Positions 8,578 through 18,060 of a DNA stretch of 64,000 nucleotides are shown in pieces. The position numbers and the translations under genes are program-made. The notes under the pieces were generated by a model that made no database searches, was not told where the DNA came from, and was given only the letters and a program-made list of their open reading frames with translations. This DNA is from Chloroflexota bacterium (lineage in GTDB: Bacteria; Chloroflexota; Dehalococcoidia; Dehalococcoidales; RBG-16-60-22). Every line of letters begins with the position of its first letter. Within the stretch, counting starts at the first letter, position 1. The DNA is taken from assembly GCA_016190695.1 (NCBI GenBank), contig JACPQC010000015.1, positions 13,435-77,434 of the forward strand, written 5' to 3'.

Positions 8578-9624
8578 CTACACCTTCTCCACCTCGGCCA
8601 TGAGCGCCCCGATGAAGTCCTTTTCCTCTACCACCTTTACCTTGACGCCTTTGCGGAACAGTATGGCCCGGCCTTTGCCGCAGGCGATGCCCACGTCGGC
8701 GTCCATGGCCTCGCCGGGGCCGTTGACCACGCAGCCCATTACCGCCACCTTGACCGGCTTGCTGATGCTGGCCAGCCTGCGGTCTACCTCTTCGGCCAGT
8801 TTGACGATGTCCACCTCGGCCCGCCCGCAGGAAGGGCAACTGACCAGCACCGGCCCGTGCTGGCGCAGATCGAGGCTCTTCAGTATCTCGTAGGCGGCGG
8901 TGACCTCTTCCCTGGGGTGAGCGGTCAGCGATACGCGGATGGTGTCGCCTATACCCAGGTACAACAGGGTGCCGATGCCCACGGCGCTGCGGATGACCCC
9001 CCTGGCCGGGGTGCCCGCTTCGGTGATGCCCAGGTGCAGCGGGTAGGGCATTCTGTCTGCGATCTCCCGGTAGGCGGCGATGGTGGTGGGCACATCGAAG
9101 GCCTTGAGCGATACCTTGATCAGGTCGAAGTCCAGGCTCTCCAGCAGGCGCACCTGCTCCACAGCCGCCAGCACCATCTGCTCGGCGGTGGAGAGTCCGG
9201 GGCGGGATGGCCTGGGCAGGCTGCCGGCATTTACGCCGACTCGTATGGGTGCGCTGCGCTCCCTCGCTGCCAGGGCCACCGCTTTGACCCGCTCCGGCCC
9301 GCCGATGTTGCCCGGATTCAGCCGCAGGGCGTCGGCGCCGGACTCCAGGGCCAGCAGCGCCAGCCGGTAGTCGAAGTGGATATCGGCCACCAGCGGTATC
9401 TTGATGCCCCGCTTGATCCCGGCGATGGCCCGCGCCGCCTCGGCATCAGGCACGGCCACCCGGACCAGCTCACAGCCGCGTTCTTCAAGCTCCAGTACCT
9501 GGTTAACCGTCGCCCGGACGTCGCGCGTGTCCGTATTGGTCATGGACTGCACCACGATGGGTGCTCCGCCGCCGATGGCGACATCCCCTATTCTTATTGT
9601 CTTACTGATACGCCTGGGATTCAT
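8578..9624 (-). CDS. ispG: HMBPP synthase
   Basis: VVQSMTNT, LVADIHFD, RLNPGNIG, SCPSCGR and VAVMGCVVNGPGE motifs; start placed at ATG 9624. Confidence 0.97.
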   Translation of the reverse strand: MNPRRISKTIRIGDVAIGGGAPIVVQSMTNTDTRDVRATVNQVLELEERGCELVRVAVPDAEAARAIAGIKRGIKIPLVADIHFDYRLALLALESGADALRLNPGNIGGPERVKAVALAARERSAPIRVGVNAGSLPRPSRPGLSTAEQMVLAAVEQVRLLESLDFDLIKVSLKAFDVPTTIAAYREIADRMPYPLHLGITEAGTPARGVIRSAVGIGTLLYLGIGDTIRVSLTAHPREEVTAAYEILKSLDLRQHGPVLVSCPSCGRAEVDIVKLAEEVDRRLASISKPVKVAVMGCVVNGPGEAMDADVGIACGKGRAILFRKGVKVKVVEEKDFIGALMAEVEKV

Positions 9625-9639
9625 GGTTGCTTCGTTCTT

Positions 9640-9793
9640 AGGATATCTGAGAATTCGAACTGTCATCCTGAGCCGCAGCCCTGAGCGAAGCGAAGGGGAA
9701 GCGAAGGATCTCGGCTGGGAGTGGTTTCACGTTCGCCCCACCCCGAGATTCTTCAGTCGCTGCGTTCCTCAGAATGACTTTCCCGGACAGCCT
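9640..9793. repeat. Inverted REP doublet (GTCATCCTGAG family) bounded by imperfect 14-bp inverted repeats
   Basis: GTCATCCTGAGCC..GAAGGATCTC (9662-9712) and GAGATTCTTC..CTCAGAATGAC (9745-9778). Outer AGGATATCTGAGAA / TTCCCGGACAGCCT match at 10 of 14 positions. Confidence 0.8.
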
Positions 9794-9816
9794 CATAGAG
9801 GAGAATTTGTTGATAA

Positions 9817-12210
9817 TTACCTCTGGACAGCGCCTAGCTCTTTCTCCAGCCGCCCCAGGACCTGCCGCTGCACCTCGTCCACCTCGGCATCGGTCAGGGT
9901 GTGGTCCGGCGCGCGGAAGATAATGCGGTAGGCCATCGACTTCTTGCCCTCCGGCACCGGTCCTCCGGTGAACAGGTCGAACAGGGCAACCTGGCTGACC
10001 AGGGGAAACCCTTTAATAATATCATAAAGCTGGCGGTAGCTTGTCCCGGCATCCACCAGCAAGGCCACGTCGCGGAAGGTGCCGGGGAAGCGGGGCAATG
10101 GCTGGAAGGTTTTGATGGCGGCGGCATGGGGCAGCAGCGCCGAGATATCGACCTCGAACAGGTACACCGGCTCGCCGATCTCGAAGGCATGGAGCACCTT
10201 GGGGTGCGCTTCGCCCAGGACGCCCACCCTTTCACCGGCGACCACTATGCCCGCCTGCCGCGCCGGGTGCAGTCCTTCGTCCTCTCCCGGCTCGAAACCG
10301 GCCTCGATACCCAGCCTGGCGAATATGCCCTCCACCACTCCTTTGGCGTCGAAGAAGTCAACCGGCTGGTCACCGGTGAGCCAGGTTCGCTCCGTCCTTG
10401 CCCCGCTGAGTATGCCGCAGAGGGCGTAGGGTTCGGCGGGAAGCATCTTTTCCCGGGGCAGATAGACCTTGCCCAGCTCGAACAGCTTCATGCCGCCGGA
10501 CTCGTGCCGCCGGTTGGCGGACAGGGCCAGCAGCAGGTTGCCGCGCAGGTTGGGCCGCAGGTACTCCTGGTCTGCTGTCATCGGGTTGGTCACCCTCAGC
10601 GGCTCCGGTTCCAGGGGACGGGGTTCAGCCGCCAGCCTCTCCAGCGTGGCCCGGCCCACCAGGGAAAAGGTGACCACTTCCTGGAAACCGTAGCAGGCCA
10701 GCCCCTGCCTCACCTGCTGCCTCAGGGCGATGAGCGGGTCAGGGTCATGCCTGGGGATGGGCTGGCTCAACATGGTCATGGGGATGCGGTCATAGCCGGT
10801 AACCCGCGCTACTTCCTCCACCAGGTCGACGGTAAGCCTGATATCGCTGCGCCAGTAAGGAGCAGCCACTTTAAGCTCAGTCCCGTCAGCCTTGCAGTCA
10901 AAGCCGAGAGAACTAAGCGCGCCTGCTATCTCTTCCAGGGCCAGTTCAACGCCGAGGATACGCTTTATTTCACCAGCGGACAGGGGAATGGGCGCAATCT
11001 CCGCGCGACCGGGGTAATTGTCGATTATGCCTTGTGAGGCCTTTCCACCGGCCAGTTCCACCAGGAGACGGGTGGCCCGCCTGAGCGCCGATCCGCTCAC
11101 CCCGGCGCTGATACCGCGCTCAAAACGCGCCGAAGCCTCGCTGCCGAGCAGCAGTTTCTGGCTGGTATGGTGGATGCTGGCCGGATAGAAGCTGGCCGAT
11201 TCCAGCAGGATGGAGGTAGTGCCCCCGGTGACCTCGGTGCTGGCGCCTCCCATCACCCCGGCAAGGGCTACCGCCCGGCCTTCATCAGCGATGACCAGCA
11301 TGTCAGCGGAGAGGGTGCGCTCCTCTCCGTCCAGCGTCACCAGGGTCTCGCCTTCCCTGGCAGGGCGGATGATCACCTTCCCGCCCAGTTTGTCATAGTC
11401 AAAGGCGTGGAGCGGCTGCCCGTACTCCAGCATGACGTAGTTGGTGATGTCCACCACGTTGTTTATGGGGCGCATGCCGCAGGCCCTGAGCCGCGCCTGC
11501 ATCCAGGGCGGGGAGGGGGCTACCGTTACGCCGTTGACCAGGCTGGCGCAGTAACGGGGGCAAAGCGCCGGGTCTGCTATTGTCACTGAGACCTGCCGCC
11601 CGATTTCCGGCCCTGCTTCTTCGTAACCGGTATCAGGCGATCGGAAGGACTGGCCGGTGAGGGCGGCTATTTCCCTGGCCAGGCCGGTTATGGAAAGGCA
11701 ATCGGGCCGGTTGGGCGTTATGTCCAGGTCGAGGATGGTATCGCCCAGGTAACCGGCCAGCGGCATTCCCACCGGCGCATCCGGCGGCAGCACCATTATG
11801 CCCTGGTGGTTGTCTGAAATACCGAGTTCCCTCTCCGAGCAGACCATGCCGCTGGAGACCACCCCCCGTATCTTGGACGGGGTCAGCCGGGCTAGTTTGC
11901 CTGTGGCCGGGTCCAGGATCTGCGCGCCAACACGGGCGAAGGCTATCTTGTCGCCCACCCTCAGGTTCGGCGCGCCGCAGACAACCGTCTCCTGCCCGGC
12001 GCCCAGGTCTACGGTGGGCAGGGTGAGGCGGTCGGCGTTGGGGTGGGGCTTTATCTCCATTATCTGGCCGACGACGACCCCCTCCCAGTCGCTGCCGGTG
12101 ACCTCCATGTCCTTGACCTCGTGACCGGCCATGGTCAGCCGGCGGGCGATCTCGGCGGCGGGCAGGGTGATATCTACATAGTCACGGAGCCATTTCAGCG
12201 GGGCTTTCAT
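9817..12210 (-). CDS. pheT: Phenylalanine-tRNA ligase beta subunit
   Basis: HPNADRL, VVCGAPN, ITPNRPDCLS and C-terminal FDX-ACB domain (GKKSMAYRI..TLTD). Confidence 0.98.
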   Translation of the reverse strand: MKAPLKWLRDYVDITLPAAEIARRLTMAGHEVKDMEVTGSDWEGVVVGQIMEIKPHPNADRLTLPTVDLGAGQETVVCGAPNLRVGDKIAFARVGAQILDPATGKLARLTPSKIRGVVSSGMVCSERELGISDNHQGIMVLPPDAPVGMPLAGYLGDTILDLDITPNRPDCLSITGLAREIAALTGQSFRSPDTGYEEAGPEIGRQVSVTIADPALCPRYCASLVNGVTVAPSPPWMQARLRACGMRPINNVVDITNYVMLEYGQPLHAFDYDKLGGKVIIRPAREGETLVTLDGEERTLSADMLVIADEGRAVALAGVMGGASTEVTGGTTSILLESASFYPASIHHTSQKLLLGSEASARFERGISAGVSGSALRRATRLLVELAGGKASQGIIDNYPGRAEIAPIPLSAGEIKRILGVELALEEIAGALSSLGFDCKADGTELKVAAPYWRSDIRLTVDLVEEVARVTGYDRIPMTMLSQPIPRHDPDPLIALRQQVRQGLACYGFQEVVTFSLVGRATLERLAAEPRPLEPEPLRVTNPMTADQEYLRPNLRGNLLLALSANRRHESGGMKLFELGKVYLPREKMLPAEPYALCGILSGARTERTWLTGDQPVDFFDAKGVVEGIFARLGIEAGFEPGEDEGLHPARQAGIVVAGERVGVLGEAHPKVLHAFEIGEPVYLFEVDISALLPHAAAIKTFQPLPRFPGTFRDVALLVDAGTSYRQLYDIIKGFPLVSQVALFDLFTGGPVPEGKKSMAYRIIFRAPDHTLTDAEVDEVQRQVLGRLEKELGAVQR

Positions 12211-12211
12211 C

Positions 12212-13246
12212 TCAGAACTGCCTCAAAAAGCGAAGGTCGCTGCCGTAGAACAGCCTGACGTCATCGATACCGTAGCGCAGCATGGGCAGGCGGTCAATGC
12301 CGATGCCGAAGGCAAAGCTGCCGTAGACCTGGGGGTCGATGCCGCCCCGCTCCAGGACGCGGGGGTGGGTCATGCCGGCGCCAAGCACCTCTATCCAGCC
12401 CGAGTTGCCGCAGAGACGGCAGCCATCGCCGTGACAGACGGCGCACTCGATGGCCATCTCCACTCCAGGCTCGACGAAGGGGAAGTAATCGCAGCGGAAG
12501 CGCACTCGCCTGTCCGCGCCGAAGAAACGCCGGGCGAACTCGTAAAGAGCGCCCTTGAGGTCGGCCATGGTAATGCCTTTGTCCACGGCCACGCCGTCAA
12601 TCTGGTGGAACATGGGGACGTGGGTGGCGTCGCTGGCCTCGTAGCGATAGACCCGGCCCGGCTCGATCACCCTTATCGGCGGCTCCAGGCGCTCCAGCGT
12701 CCGGGCAGTGACCGAGGTGGTATGAGTGCGCAGCAGCATGGGCCTCTTGCCGTCGGCCTGGTAATCTATCCAGGAGGTAGACATGACGTCACGCGCCGGG
12801 TGTTCCTCGGGGATGTTCAGCGCCTCGAAGTTGTAATAGTCCCACTCTACGTCCGGCCCCTCCGCCACCTGGAACCCCATCGTGGCGAAGATGCCGCAAA
12901 TCTCCTCGATGGTCTGGGTGAGGGGATGCAACCGACCCACCGGGCAGGGACGGCCGGGGAGGGTGATGTCGACGGACTCTCCGGCACGGGCGGCCAGGTG
13001 CGCCTCGCGGAGGGTATGCTCCCGGTGGGACAGGGACTCCTCCAACTGCCGCTTTATCTCGTTGGCCAGGGCGCCGGTGGTCTTCCGCTCTTCAACGGAC
13101 AGAGAGGCCAGCCCGCGGAGCACCTGGGTCAGACGGCTTTTCTTGCCCAGGTAGCGCACTCGCCAGGCTTCCATCTCCTTGAGGTCGCGGATGCCCTGGA
13201 GTTCACGCAGCGCGCCCGCTCTAAGCTCTTCCAGTTCCTGTAACAT
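12212..13246 (-). CDS. pheS: Phenylalanine-tRNA ligase alpha subunit
   Basis: [28 protein letters not shown] and FAFGIGIDR motifs; start placed at ATG 13246. Confidence 0.98.
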   Translation of the reverse strand: MLQELEELRAGALRELQGIRDLKEMEAWRVRYLGKKSRLTQVLRGLASLSVEERKTTGALANEIKRQLEESLSHREHTLREAHLAARAGESVDITLPGRPCPVGRLHPLTQTIEEICGIFATMGFQVAEGPDVEWDYYNFEALNIPEEHPARDVMSTSWIDYQADGKRPMLLRTHTTSVTARTLERLEPPIRVIEPGRVYRYEASDATHVPMFHQIDGVAVDKGITMADLKGALYEFARRFFGADRRVRFRCDYFPFVEPGVEMAIECAVCHGDGCRLCGNSGWIEVLGAGMTHPRVLERGGIDPQVYGSFAFGIGIDRLPMLRYGIDDVRLFYGSDLRFLRQF

Positions 13247-13252
13247 GCTTGG

Positions 13253-13281
13253 ATTATAGGTCATCATGGTGAAGGGGTCAA
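13253..13281 (-). promoter_or_regulatory. Sigma70-type promoter for pheS, probably leaderless
   Basis: Minus-strand TTGACC-N17-TATAAT followed 6 nt later by the ATG. Confidence 0.7.
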
Positions 13282-13348
13282 TGGATGATGAATCTACCAG
13301 GAGGCACGGCAAAAAGCCCGCCCCTGAGCGCGCGACAGCGATAAGCGG

Positions 13349-13711
13349 TCAGGCGACCTGGAGGCCGGCCCTGGCCGCGCTCACCAGCTCGGTGAAGGCA
13401 GCGGGTTCCCGGACCGCCATGTCCGCCAGCATCTTGCGGTTGACGGCCGTCCCCGATTTGATCAGGCCAGCTATGAACTGGCTGTAGGTCAGACCCTCGG
13501 CCCGCGCGGCGGCGCTGATACGCTGGATCCACAGCCGCCTCATATCGCCTTTCCGTTCCCGGCGATGGGCGTAGGTGTAGCTCAATGACTTGAGCATGGC
13601 CTCGTGGGCGCGCTTGTACAGGGAATGCCGGGATGCCCTCTGCCCCTTGGTCAGGGCGAGGACCTTCTTGTGTCTATGGTGATGGGTTACGCCTGTCTTT
13701 ACCCTTGGCAA
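13349..13711 (-). CDS. rplT: 50S ribosomal protein L20
   Basis: MPRVK..RRLWIQRISAAAR..NRKMLADMA. Confidence 0.98.
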   Translation of the reverse strand: MPRVKTGVTHHHRHKKVLALTKGQRASRHSLYKRAHEAMLKSLSYTYAHRRERKGDMRRLWIQRISAAARAEGLTYSQFIAGLIKSGTAVNRKMLADMAVREPAAFTELVSAARAGLQVA

Positions 13712-13729
13712 CTGAGGACTCCTTCCTGT

Positions 13730-13933
13730 CTAGGCAACCCCGTTGGGGATAAGCCTCTTTATCCTGGTGGTATCAGCGGGGCTTAAAGGCACCTTGCTAT
13801 CAAAAAGGCGCTTTACCCTGGCGGACTTGTTCCGGCGCAGATGGCTCTTCGGCCCTTTGATGCGCATTATCTTGCCGGTGCCGGTCACGTGAAAGCGCCT
13901 CTTGGCCCCTTTATGTGTCTTAAGCTTTGGCAT
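13730..13933 (-). CDS. rpmI: 50S ribosomal protein L35
   Basis: [14 protein letters not shown]; lies between infC and rplT. Confidence 0.98.
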   Translation of the reverse strand: MPKLKTHKGAKRRFHVTGTGKIMRIKGPKSHLRRNKSARVKRLFDSKVPLSPADTTRIKRLIPNGVA

Positions 13934-14513
13934 CCTGACTTTCCTTTACTGTTGCTTCTTCTGTCTCTTCCGGCGCTTCTTCCCGCTTTGCCTTTACCTT
14001 GGCGGGGGCGACCGGAGACAATATTATGTGCATGTGCTTGCCCAGCAGCACCGGCTGCTTTTCCATGGCGGCGACGTCGCCCAGCTTCTCAGCCATGCGC
14101 TGCAATAACTTCCATCCCAGGTCAGGATGGGTGATCTCGCGTCCCCGGAACATCACCGTCACTTTGACCTTGTCTCCGTCAGCGAGGAGCTTTCTGACGA
14201 TCCTGGCCTTGGCCTCAAAATCGTGGTCGCCGATCTTGGGCCTCATCCGCATCTCCCGGAGCAGCACGATCTTCTGGCTTTTCCTGGCGTCGTGCTCCTT
14301 CTTGGCCTGCTCGTACCTGAACTTCCCGTAATCGAGAATCCGGCACACCGGTGGGACTGCCATAGGCGCCACCTCGACCAGGTCCAGGTTCTGCTTCCGG
14401 GCCATCTCCTGCGCCTGGCTTAAGGGCATAACCCCTAACTGCTCGCCCTTGCTGCCAACCAGCCGCACTTCACGAGCAGTGATCATCTCATTAATACGCA
14501 GTTTCTTTATTAT
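13920..14513 (-). CDS. infC: Translation initiation factor IF-3, probable ATA start
   Basis: [25 protein letters not shown]. The frame extends upstream as IIKKLRINE to ATA at 14513, with AGGAGG at 14530-14525. Confidence 0.95.
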   Translation of the reverse strand: MIKKLRINEMITAREVRLVGSKGEQLGVMPLSQAQEMARKQNLDLVEVAPMAVPPVCRILDYGKFRYEQAKKEHDARKSQKIVLLREMRMRPKIGDHDFEAKARIVRKLLADGDKVKVTVMFRGREITHPDLGWKLLQRMAEKLGDVAAMEKQPVLLGKHMHIILSPVAPAKVKAKREEAPEETEEATVKESQDAKA

Positions 14514-14810
14514 GTCCTTGTATACCTCCTACCATGCACAGGTTCCTATGCGAATAACTATACCATATCTTCCAGCATCCGGCAAATAGCAAGGGGGTTC
14601 AAAAATTGTCATCGCCGGCCAAGTTTCGCCACCCTGTCTTGTCCCAGGTGGGCGTTTCAGGACTATAGTCACAGGACTTCAGGAGGTAGGACTAATCATT
14701 CAGGGACTTTATTGTCACTCCAAACAGGTACTAATAGTTGATTGACGCCCGGCGAGGCTGTGTTAAGCTAAATTCTGTGACCATTAAACTCAATCGAGGA
14801 GGAGAGGAAA

Positions 14811-15203
14811 ATGAAGACAAGGGTCGCCAAATGGGGGAGACAGTTCCACAAAGGGCAAAGGGGCTTTACCCTGATCGAGCTGCTGGTGGTTATCGCCATC
14901 CTGGGCGCGCTGTCGGCAGTGGCCGTTCCCAACGTCGGCAAGTTCATCGGCAAGGGCAAGACCGAGTCCTACAGCGCCGAGCTGCAGAATGTCAGGACGG
15001 GGGTCATGGCCATGCTGGCTGACAGCACCGCGGGCGTGCTGGATGGCACCCCGACAACCAAAGACATGGACCTGGTGACCACCGACAACTCGACCAAGCT
15101 GCTAAGCTCCTACATGACCGGCCTGGACGCCAACAACGAGACGCAGACGGGGGCCACTTATACCTTCGCCCTGGACGGGTCGGTCACCCAGATACCGCCC
15201 TAG
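14811..15203 (+). CDS. Type IV pilin-like protein
   Basis: Class III signal peptide GQRG/FTLIELLVVIAILGAL; strong SD GAGGAGG upstream. Confidence 0.9.
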   Translation: MKTRVAKWGRQFHKGQRGFTLIELLVVIAILGALSAVAVPNVGKFIGKGKTESYSAELQNVRTGVMAMLADSTAGVLDGTPTTKDMDLVTTDNSTKLLSSYMTGLDANNETQTGATYTFALDGSVTQIPP

Positions 15204-15220
15204 TCCTCAGGGGTAACTGA

Positions 15221-15263
15221 AAAGCCCGGCAGGTCAGTTGGAGCGCTGGTCTGCCGGGTCTTT
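15221..15263 (+). terminator. Intrinsic terminator after the pilin gene
   Basis: CCCGGCAGGTCAG..CTGGTCTGCCGGG hairpin followed by TCTTTT. Confidence 0.7.
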
Positions 15264-15301
15264 TATTTGGCGAATATCAGCGCGATCGACTAATACTCAG
15301 T

Positions 15302-15394
15302 AATTTCTCATTCTGGCGTGTCAGCCAGCACCACGAATGATGAAAATGACCATCCTTTCGTCCCTGTCTATTCCCCGCGCAGGCGGGGAATCCA
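15302..15394 (+). repeat. Family B repeat end followed by a REP-like hairpin
   Basis: AATTTCTCATTCTGGCGTGTCAGCCAGCACCACGAATGATGAAAATG matches the reverse complement of 55945-55992. It is followed by ATTCCCCGCGCAGGCGGGGAATCCA. Confidence 0.7.
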
Positions 15395-15443
15395 CGCGCC
15401 TTGATGAGTAGACCCCCGCTCCCATATCAGAGCGGCAATCTCC

Positions 15444-15812
15444 TCAACCCCCGGCCTTCGCCAGCACGTCCTCGATCTTCTTCAGCAGCTCATCGGGGCG
15501 GAAGGGCTTGGCGATGAAGCCGTTCGCCCCCAGCTTCAGGGACTCCTCGGCGATGTTGCTCCGCGCCGTGAAGACGATCACGGGTACCTTTGAGAAGGCG
15601 CGCAGCCTGTCCAGCACCTGTAACCCGTCCAGCGGCACCATGAGGATATCCAGGAGCATGATATCCGGTTTCCGGGAGCGGACAAGCTCCAGCGCCTCTT
15701 CGCCGCTGGCAGTAGTGGTCACGTCATAACCTGCCAGGGTCAGGCCGGCCTTGATGAACCTGAGCACCGCCGGCTCATCGTCAACCACCAGAACGTGTCT
15801 TTTGGCATTCAT
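15444..15812 (-). CDS. Single-domain response regulator (receiver only)
   Basis: VLVVDDE, LLDILM, FTA and KPF motifs; start placed at ATG 15812. Confidence 0.9.
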   Translation of the reverse strand: MNAKRHVLVVDDEPAVLRFIKAGLTLAGYDVTTTASGEEALELVRSRKPDIMLLDILMVPLDGLQVLDRLRAFSKVPVIVFTARSNIAEESLKLGANGFIAKPFRPDELLKKIEDVLAKAGG

Positions 15813-15816
15813 GCTG

Positions 15817-17733
15817 CTAGTGTAGCACACCCGGCGCAGTATTTCCCAGCACTTCGCCCGGTATGCCTTTCTCCTTGCCGGCTTCACCATCCAGCGGCTC
15901 GGTGAAAATTTGTTTCAGCTCCCGGCCTTCAAGGGACTCCCTTATTATCAACCGCTCGGCGAAGTATACCAGCCGTGTCCTGTTTTCTTCCAGTATCTTC
16001 CTGGCCAGGGCGCGGGCCTCGTTCATCAGTTTGTGCACCGCATCATCAATCTGCCTGGCCATATCCTCACTGAAGTCCTTCCGCTCCATGCCCCACTCGA
16101 TCTGCTCGCTGCCGAAGGTGCGCAAAGGCAGTTCCTCCCCCATGCCGTAGTCCGTTATCATCTTGCGGGCAAGCTCGGTAGCCCGTTTGATGTCGTTATG
16201 CGGCCCGGTGGAAATATCCGGGAAGAAGGCTTCTTCGGCGCAGTATCCCCCCAGAAGCGTGGTCAGGTTGGCCTTGAGCTGCCGGCGCGTCATCAGGTAG
16301 TGCTCTTCTTCGGGGAGGGTGCGCGTGTAGCCGCCGATGCCGCCGCGGGACACGATGGAGACCTTGAACACCGGGTCAGCATCGGGCAACAGGCGGGCGA
16401 CCAGGGCGTGGCCGGCCTCGTGATAGGCGGTCCTCTTCTTGTCCTGGGGGTTTATCAGGCGGCTCTTCTTGGCCGGCCCGGCCAGCGCGCGGTCGATAGC
16501 CTCGCCCAGTTCCTCCATGGTGATGGACGATTTGTCCCGTCTTGCCGCCAGTATCGCCGCCTCATTGACCAGGTTGGCCAGGTCAGCCCCGCTGAAGCCC
16601 GGGGTCTCCTTGGCGATAACATCGAGGTCGACCGATTTGTCCAGGGGCTTGCCTTTGGTATGAATATCGAGGATGGCCCTGCGCTCGGCATAGTCCGGGG
16701 CATCGAGCATAACCCGCCGGTCGAACCGGCCCGGGCGCAACAGGGCGGGGTCGAGCACGTCCGGCCGGTTGGTGGCCGCCAGCACGATGACCCCGGAGTT
16801 AGGGGTGAAGCCGTCCATCTCGGAGAGTATCTGGTTCAGCGTCTGCTCGCGCTCTTCATGGCTCACTGCCGGGCCGCCGCCGCGCCTCCGTCCCACCGCG
16901 TCTATTTCATCGATGAAGATAATGGAGGGGCGGTTGGCCTTGGCCTGCTGAAAGAGGTCGCGCACCCTGGAAGCGCCCACCCCGACGAACATCTCCACGA
17001 ACTCGCTGCCGCTTATGGAGAAGAAGGGGACAGCGGCCTCGCCGGCCACCGCCTTGGCCAGGAGGGTTTTGCCTGTCCCCGGGGGGCCGGCCAGGAGCAC
17101 CCCTTTGGGGACGCGGGCGCCCAGGCGCTGGAACTTCTCCTGGTGCTTCAGGAATTCCACCACCTCCAGGAGGTCCTGTTTGACCTCGGCCACGCCGGCG
17201 ACGTCAGAGAAGGTGACCGTGGGCACGTCTGTGCTTCTCAGCCGAGCTTTGGTCCGGGCGAAATCGCCCATCTGGTTCCTCGCCGAGCTGCCTGAGCGTA
17301 TGAGCATTATGAACAGCAGTCCGAGGAGAAGCAAAGGCATGAGCACCAGGAAACCGGCGGAGCCGCTGGGACTGCCTGCCGTCCTCTTGCTCACCGAGAA
17401 ATCGCCGGGGAAGACAAACCCCATTCCCTTCAGGTCGACCGCGCTCATGCCGCCTATGTAGGCCACCAGCTCCGTCCCGTCACCGATGGCAGCCGGGGCG
17501 CCTTCGATATCGACCAGTTCCAGCGTTTCATTCCCGGCGCGGGCGGTCATCAGCATCCAGCCCTTGTCCATCTCCACCCGGGCGCTGGCGATATTGTTGT
17601 TCTGGGACAGGGCGATGGCCTGGCTAAGGGTGATCTTGACCGCAGAAGAGGGGGGGGCAGGCTCGCAGGCGAAAAGGAAGAGAGAAAGTACAGACGCCAG
17701 GGCAACAAGGGCTATCAGGGCCGGTCTTCTCAT
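15817..17733 (-). CDS. ftsH: ATP-dependent zinc metalloprotease FtsH
   Basis: [26 protein letters not shown] and HEAGH motifs. Confidence 0.96.
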   Translation of the reverse strand: MRRPALIALVALASVLSLFLFACEPAPPSSAVKITLSQAIALSQNNNIASARVEMDKGWMLMTARAGNETLELVDIEGAPAAIGDGTELVAYIGGMSAVDLKGMGFVFPGDFSVSKRTAGSPSGSAGFLVLMPLLLLGLLFIMLIRSGSSARNQMGDFARTKARLRSTDVPTVTFSDVAGVAEVKQDLLEVVEFLKHQEKFQRLGARVPKGVLLAGPPGTGKTLLAKAVAGEAAVPFFSISGSEFVEMFVGVGASRVRDLFQQAKANRPSIIFIDEIDAVGRRRGGGPAVSHEEREQTLNQILSEMDGFTPNSGVIVLAATNRPDVLDPALLRPGRFDRRVMLDAPDYAERRAILDIHTKGKPLDKSVDLDVIAKETPGFSGADLANLVNEAAILAARRDKSSITMEELGEAIDRALAGPAKKSRLINPQDKKRTAYHEAGHALVARLLPDADPVFKVSIVSRGGIGGYTRTLPEEEHYLMTRRQLKANLTTLLGGYCAEEAFFPDISTGPHNDIKRATELARKMITDYGMGEELPLRTFGSEQIEWGMERKDFSEDMARQIDDAVHKLMNEARALARKILEENRTRLVYFAERLIIRESLEGRELKQIFTEPLDGEAGKEKGIPGEVLGNTAPGVLH

Positions 17734-17761
17734 GGTAACCTTCCCGCTGATTTATTAGTAT

Positions 17762-17907
17762 TAGCAGATGATGAAAAACTGTGAAGGATGTTTCGTCTCC
17801 CTTTCGTAAAGGGAGAGGAGAGAGGGATTTTGAGATTGTGAAATCCCCCTTCCGTCCCCCTTTCTCAAAGGGGGAAACTCTTCAAACTCTTTTTCAGCAT
17901 CCTGCCA
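17762..17907. mobile_element. MITE-like family A copy 3
   Basis: Inverted ends TAGCAGATGATGAAAAA and TTTTTCAGCATCCTGCCA; same internal hairpins as the 6104 copy. Confidence 0.8.
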
Positions 17908-18010
17908 GTATTTCCCCTTTATATCATTACAATAGCACATCTAGGAAGCTATTGGTATCTTCACTTATTTCTGGGGGAACATACCCGTAGATTTAGTCTT
18001 TCTTGATATT

Positions 18011-18027
18011 TTGTGCATTTTATACAA
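18011..18027. promoter_or_regulatory. Candidate PucR-family operator upstream of the first glnA-like gene
   Basis: 17-bp dyad TTGTGCATTTTATACAA, similar to 20969-20985. Confidence 0.55.
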
Positions 18028-18060
18028 TAATGAACATGTATCCTGTTGGAGAGGTGCGCC

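Noticed and set aside
8536..13243. Long plus-strand ORFs opposite ispG, pheT and pheS
   Set aside because: Antisense shadow ORFs typical of GC-rich coding DNA, with no motifs. The same applies to those opposite pncB, ftsH, glnA, the GT4, xfp and ackA.
13247..13348. T-box or attenuator upstream of pheS
   Set aside because: The spacer is too short, has no T-box motif, and a promoter sits directly before the ATG.
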